A stretch of 63,949 nucleotides of DNA, counting the filler, from Octopus bimaculoides (taxonomy: Eukaryota), in the NCBI RefSeq assembly GCF_001194135.2. It is 5 parts of 4 records of this genome, joined end to end, with 100 filler letters (N's around TTAATTAATTAA, not from the genome) between each part and the next. Parts side by side here need not be neighbours in the genome. Positions count along the whole stretch, not along the records: positions 62,081 to 63,949 come from NW_026426400.1; 4 more parts are not named here. One strand, written 5' to 3'. A program made the translations under genes and the position numbers. Under the pieces are notes generated by a model. That model saw only the letters and a list, made by a program, of their open reading frames with translations. It ran no database searches and was not told where the DNA came from. Below are positions 62,410-63,949 of the stretch, piece after piece (the stretch's first letter is position 1; each line of letters starts with the position of its first letter).

Positions 62410-62616
62410 TAGGTTGGTCCAAAAGTAGGTTTACAGTTATTCAACTATCTCTTTCGCATTCATGTATTAATAGTTTAGATCTTAATTATAAAAATATATG
62501 AAACCATTATTCTATGCTAATTTAGTTAATTATAAGATAGAAATTTAAATGTAATAAAATGTTTTAAAAAATTTAAAGTGCCTACGTGATAACTGTAAAG
62601 CTACTTTTGGGCCACC

Positions 62617-62619
<3 letters not shown>
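62410..62619. mobile_element. Tc1/mariner-type MITE in a TA tract
   Basis: TIRs TAGGTTGGTCCAAAAGTAGGTTTACAGTTAT / ATAACTGTAAAGCTACTTTTGGGCCACCCTG, flanked by TA. Confidence 0.85.
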
Positions 62620-62705
<86 letters not shown>

Positions 62706-62776
62706 TATGCATATATACATATTATGTAAGAGTGCGTCTGTATTTGTATAAGCTTACTTTCCTACATACATACACG

Positions 62777-62808
<32 letters not shown>

Positions 62809-63529
62809 CATACATATATAAGTGTGTGTGTGTGTGAGTATGTATACATGTATTACATATGTATGCTTATATGTTTATTAATGCTTGTTTCCATGTCAAC
62901 TTATATGAAAAAGCAATTTAAGAGAGAACTGGAAGATTACTCTCAATACTTTTTAGTAGAGTATATGTTTATTAAACTCTTACAAACAAACCGCTGACAG
63001 TAACTTCGAAGTTTCGAATTATATATATATGTATATATATATATATATATATNNNNNNNNNNNNNNNNNNNNNNNNNNNNNNNNNNNNNNNNNNNNNNNN
63101 NNNNNNNNNNNNNNNNNNNNNNNNNNNNNNNNNNNNNNNNNNNNNNNNNNNNNNNNNNNNNNNNNNNNNNNNNNNNNNNNNNNNNNNNNNNNNNNNNNNN
63201 NNNNNNNNNNNNNNNNNNNNNNNNNNNNNNNNNNNNNNNNNNNNNNNNNNNNNNNNNNNNNNNNNNNNNNNNNNNNNNNNNNNNNTCTTTTCTTTTTTGT
63301 AAATTCTTACTATATATATATACATATATTTTACCATTAGTTTATATACATATATTTTACCATTAGTTTAATAAATTAATGGTAAAATATATTTTTACCC
63401 GCACCCATTTATTGCACCTGGTAATACAAAGAAAACACACTAGTGTAATAATAACTGGGTATTCTTCCGGCAGTATATTGGACAGATATTATCCCTTAGT
63501 GGGTTGGATTCAGAACCCCTAACTTTTTT

Positions 63530-63580
<51 letters not shown>

Positions 63581-63594
63581 TAACAAAATGATTG

Positions 63595-63890
63595 AGACGG
63601 AAAATGGACAGCGGTTAGAGCGTCGGGCTCACAATCATGCAGTAGTTAGTTCGATTCCCAGACGGACCGGGCTGTGGTGCTGTGTTCTTGAGCAAGGCAC
63701 TTTATTTCATGCTGTTCCAGTTCACTCAGCAATGGTAATGAGTTGTGACGTCACTGGTGCCAAGCTGTATCAGTCTTGGATAACATCGATGCCATGGAGA
63801 GGCGACTGCTGGGCTTCCATAAACAACCTTGCTTGGACTTCCTAGGTGTAATCCCATGGTCATTCATGAACGAAGAGAGTCTTTACCCTT
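63595..63890 (+). mobile_element. tRNA-derived SINE, same family as 43185-43520
   Basis: gcggttagagcgtcgggctc...gttcgattccc...tgtgttcttgagcaaggcactt...cttccataaacaaccttg...cccatggtcattcatga. Confidence 0.82.
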
Positions 63891-63949
63891 TTTTCTTTGT
63901 GTACCTTTATATTTATGTATGCGTGTATATACATACATACATACATACA

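Overview
AT-rich, microsatellite-dense eukaryotic DNA from a gapped draft assembly. The SINE heads, RLE-LINE families and N-TTAATTAATTAA-N gap spacers resemble an octopod cephalopod genome (probably Octopus); this is recall, not a database result. No intact host protein-coding gene can be supported, and nearly all long ORFs in the track are microsatellite or N-gap artefacts. The window is mostly decayed mobile DNA: four tRNA-derived SINE families, several R4/Dong-type RLE non-LTR retrotransposons (a same-strand stack at 45.5-52.7 kb joined mostly at (AAT)n tracts, and one distinct element flanked by (CATA)n), a Gypsy LTR element lacking integrase, CR1 and L1/Tx1-like fragments, a non-autonomous Helitron, a Tc1/mariner MITE, a 256-bp palindrome and a Penelope-type hammerhead-like motif. 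The unique sequence from about 1.3 to 31 kb repeatedly translates on the + strand into stop-interrupted motifs resembling LDL-receptor class B (YWTD) repeats, suggesting a badly decayed LRP-like gene (low-moderate confidence). A 135-bp perfect inverted duplication at 14.5-14.9 kb has a template-switch signature. Boundaries and identities were read by eye and are approximate unless stated as exact.
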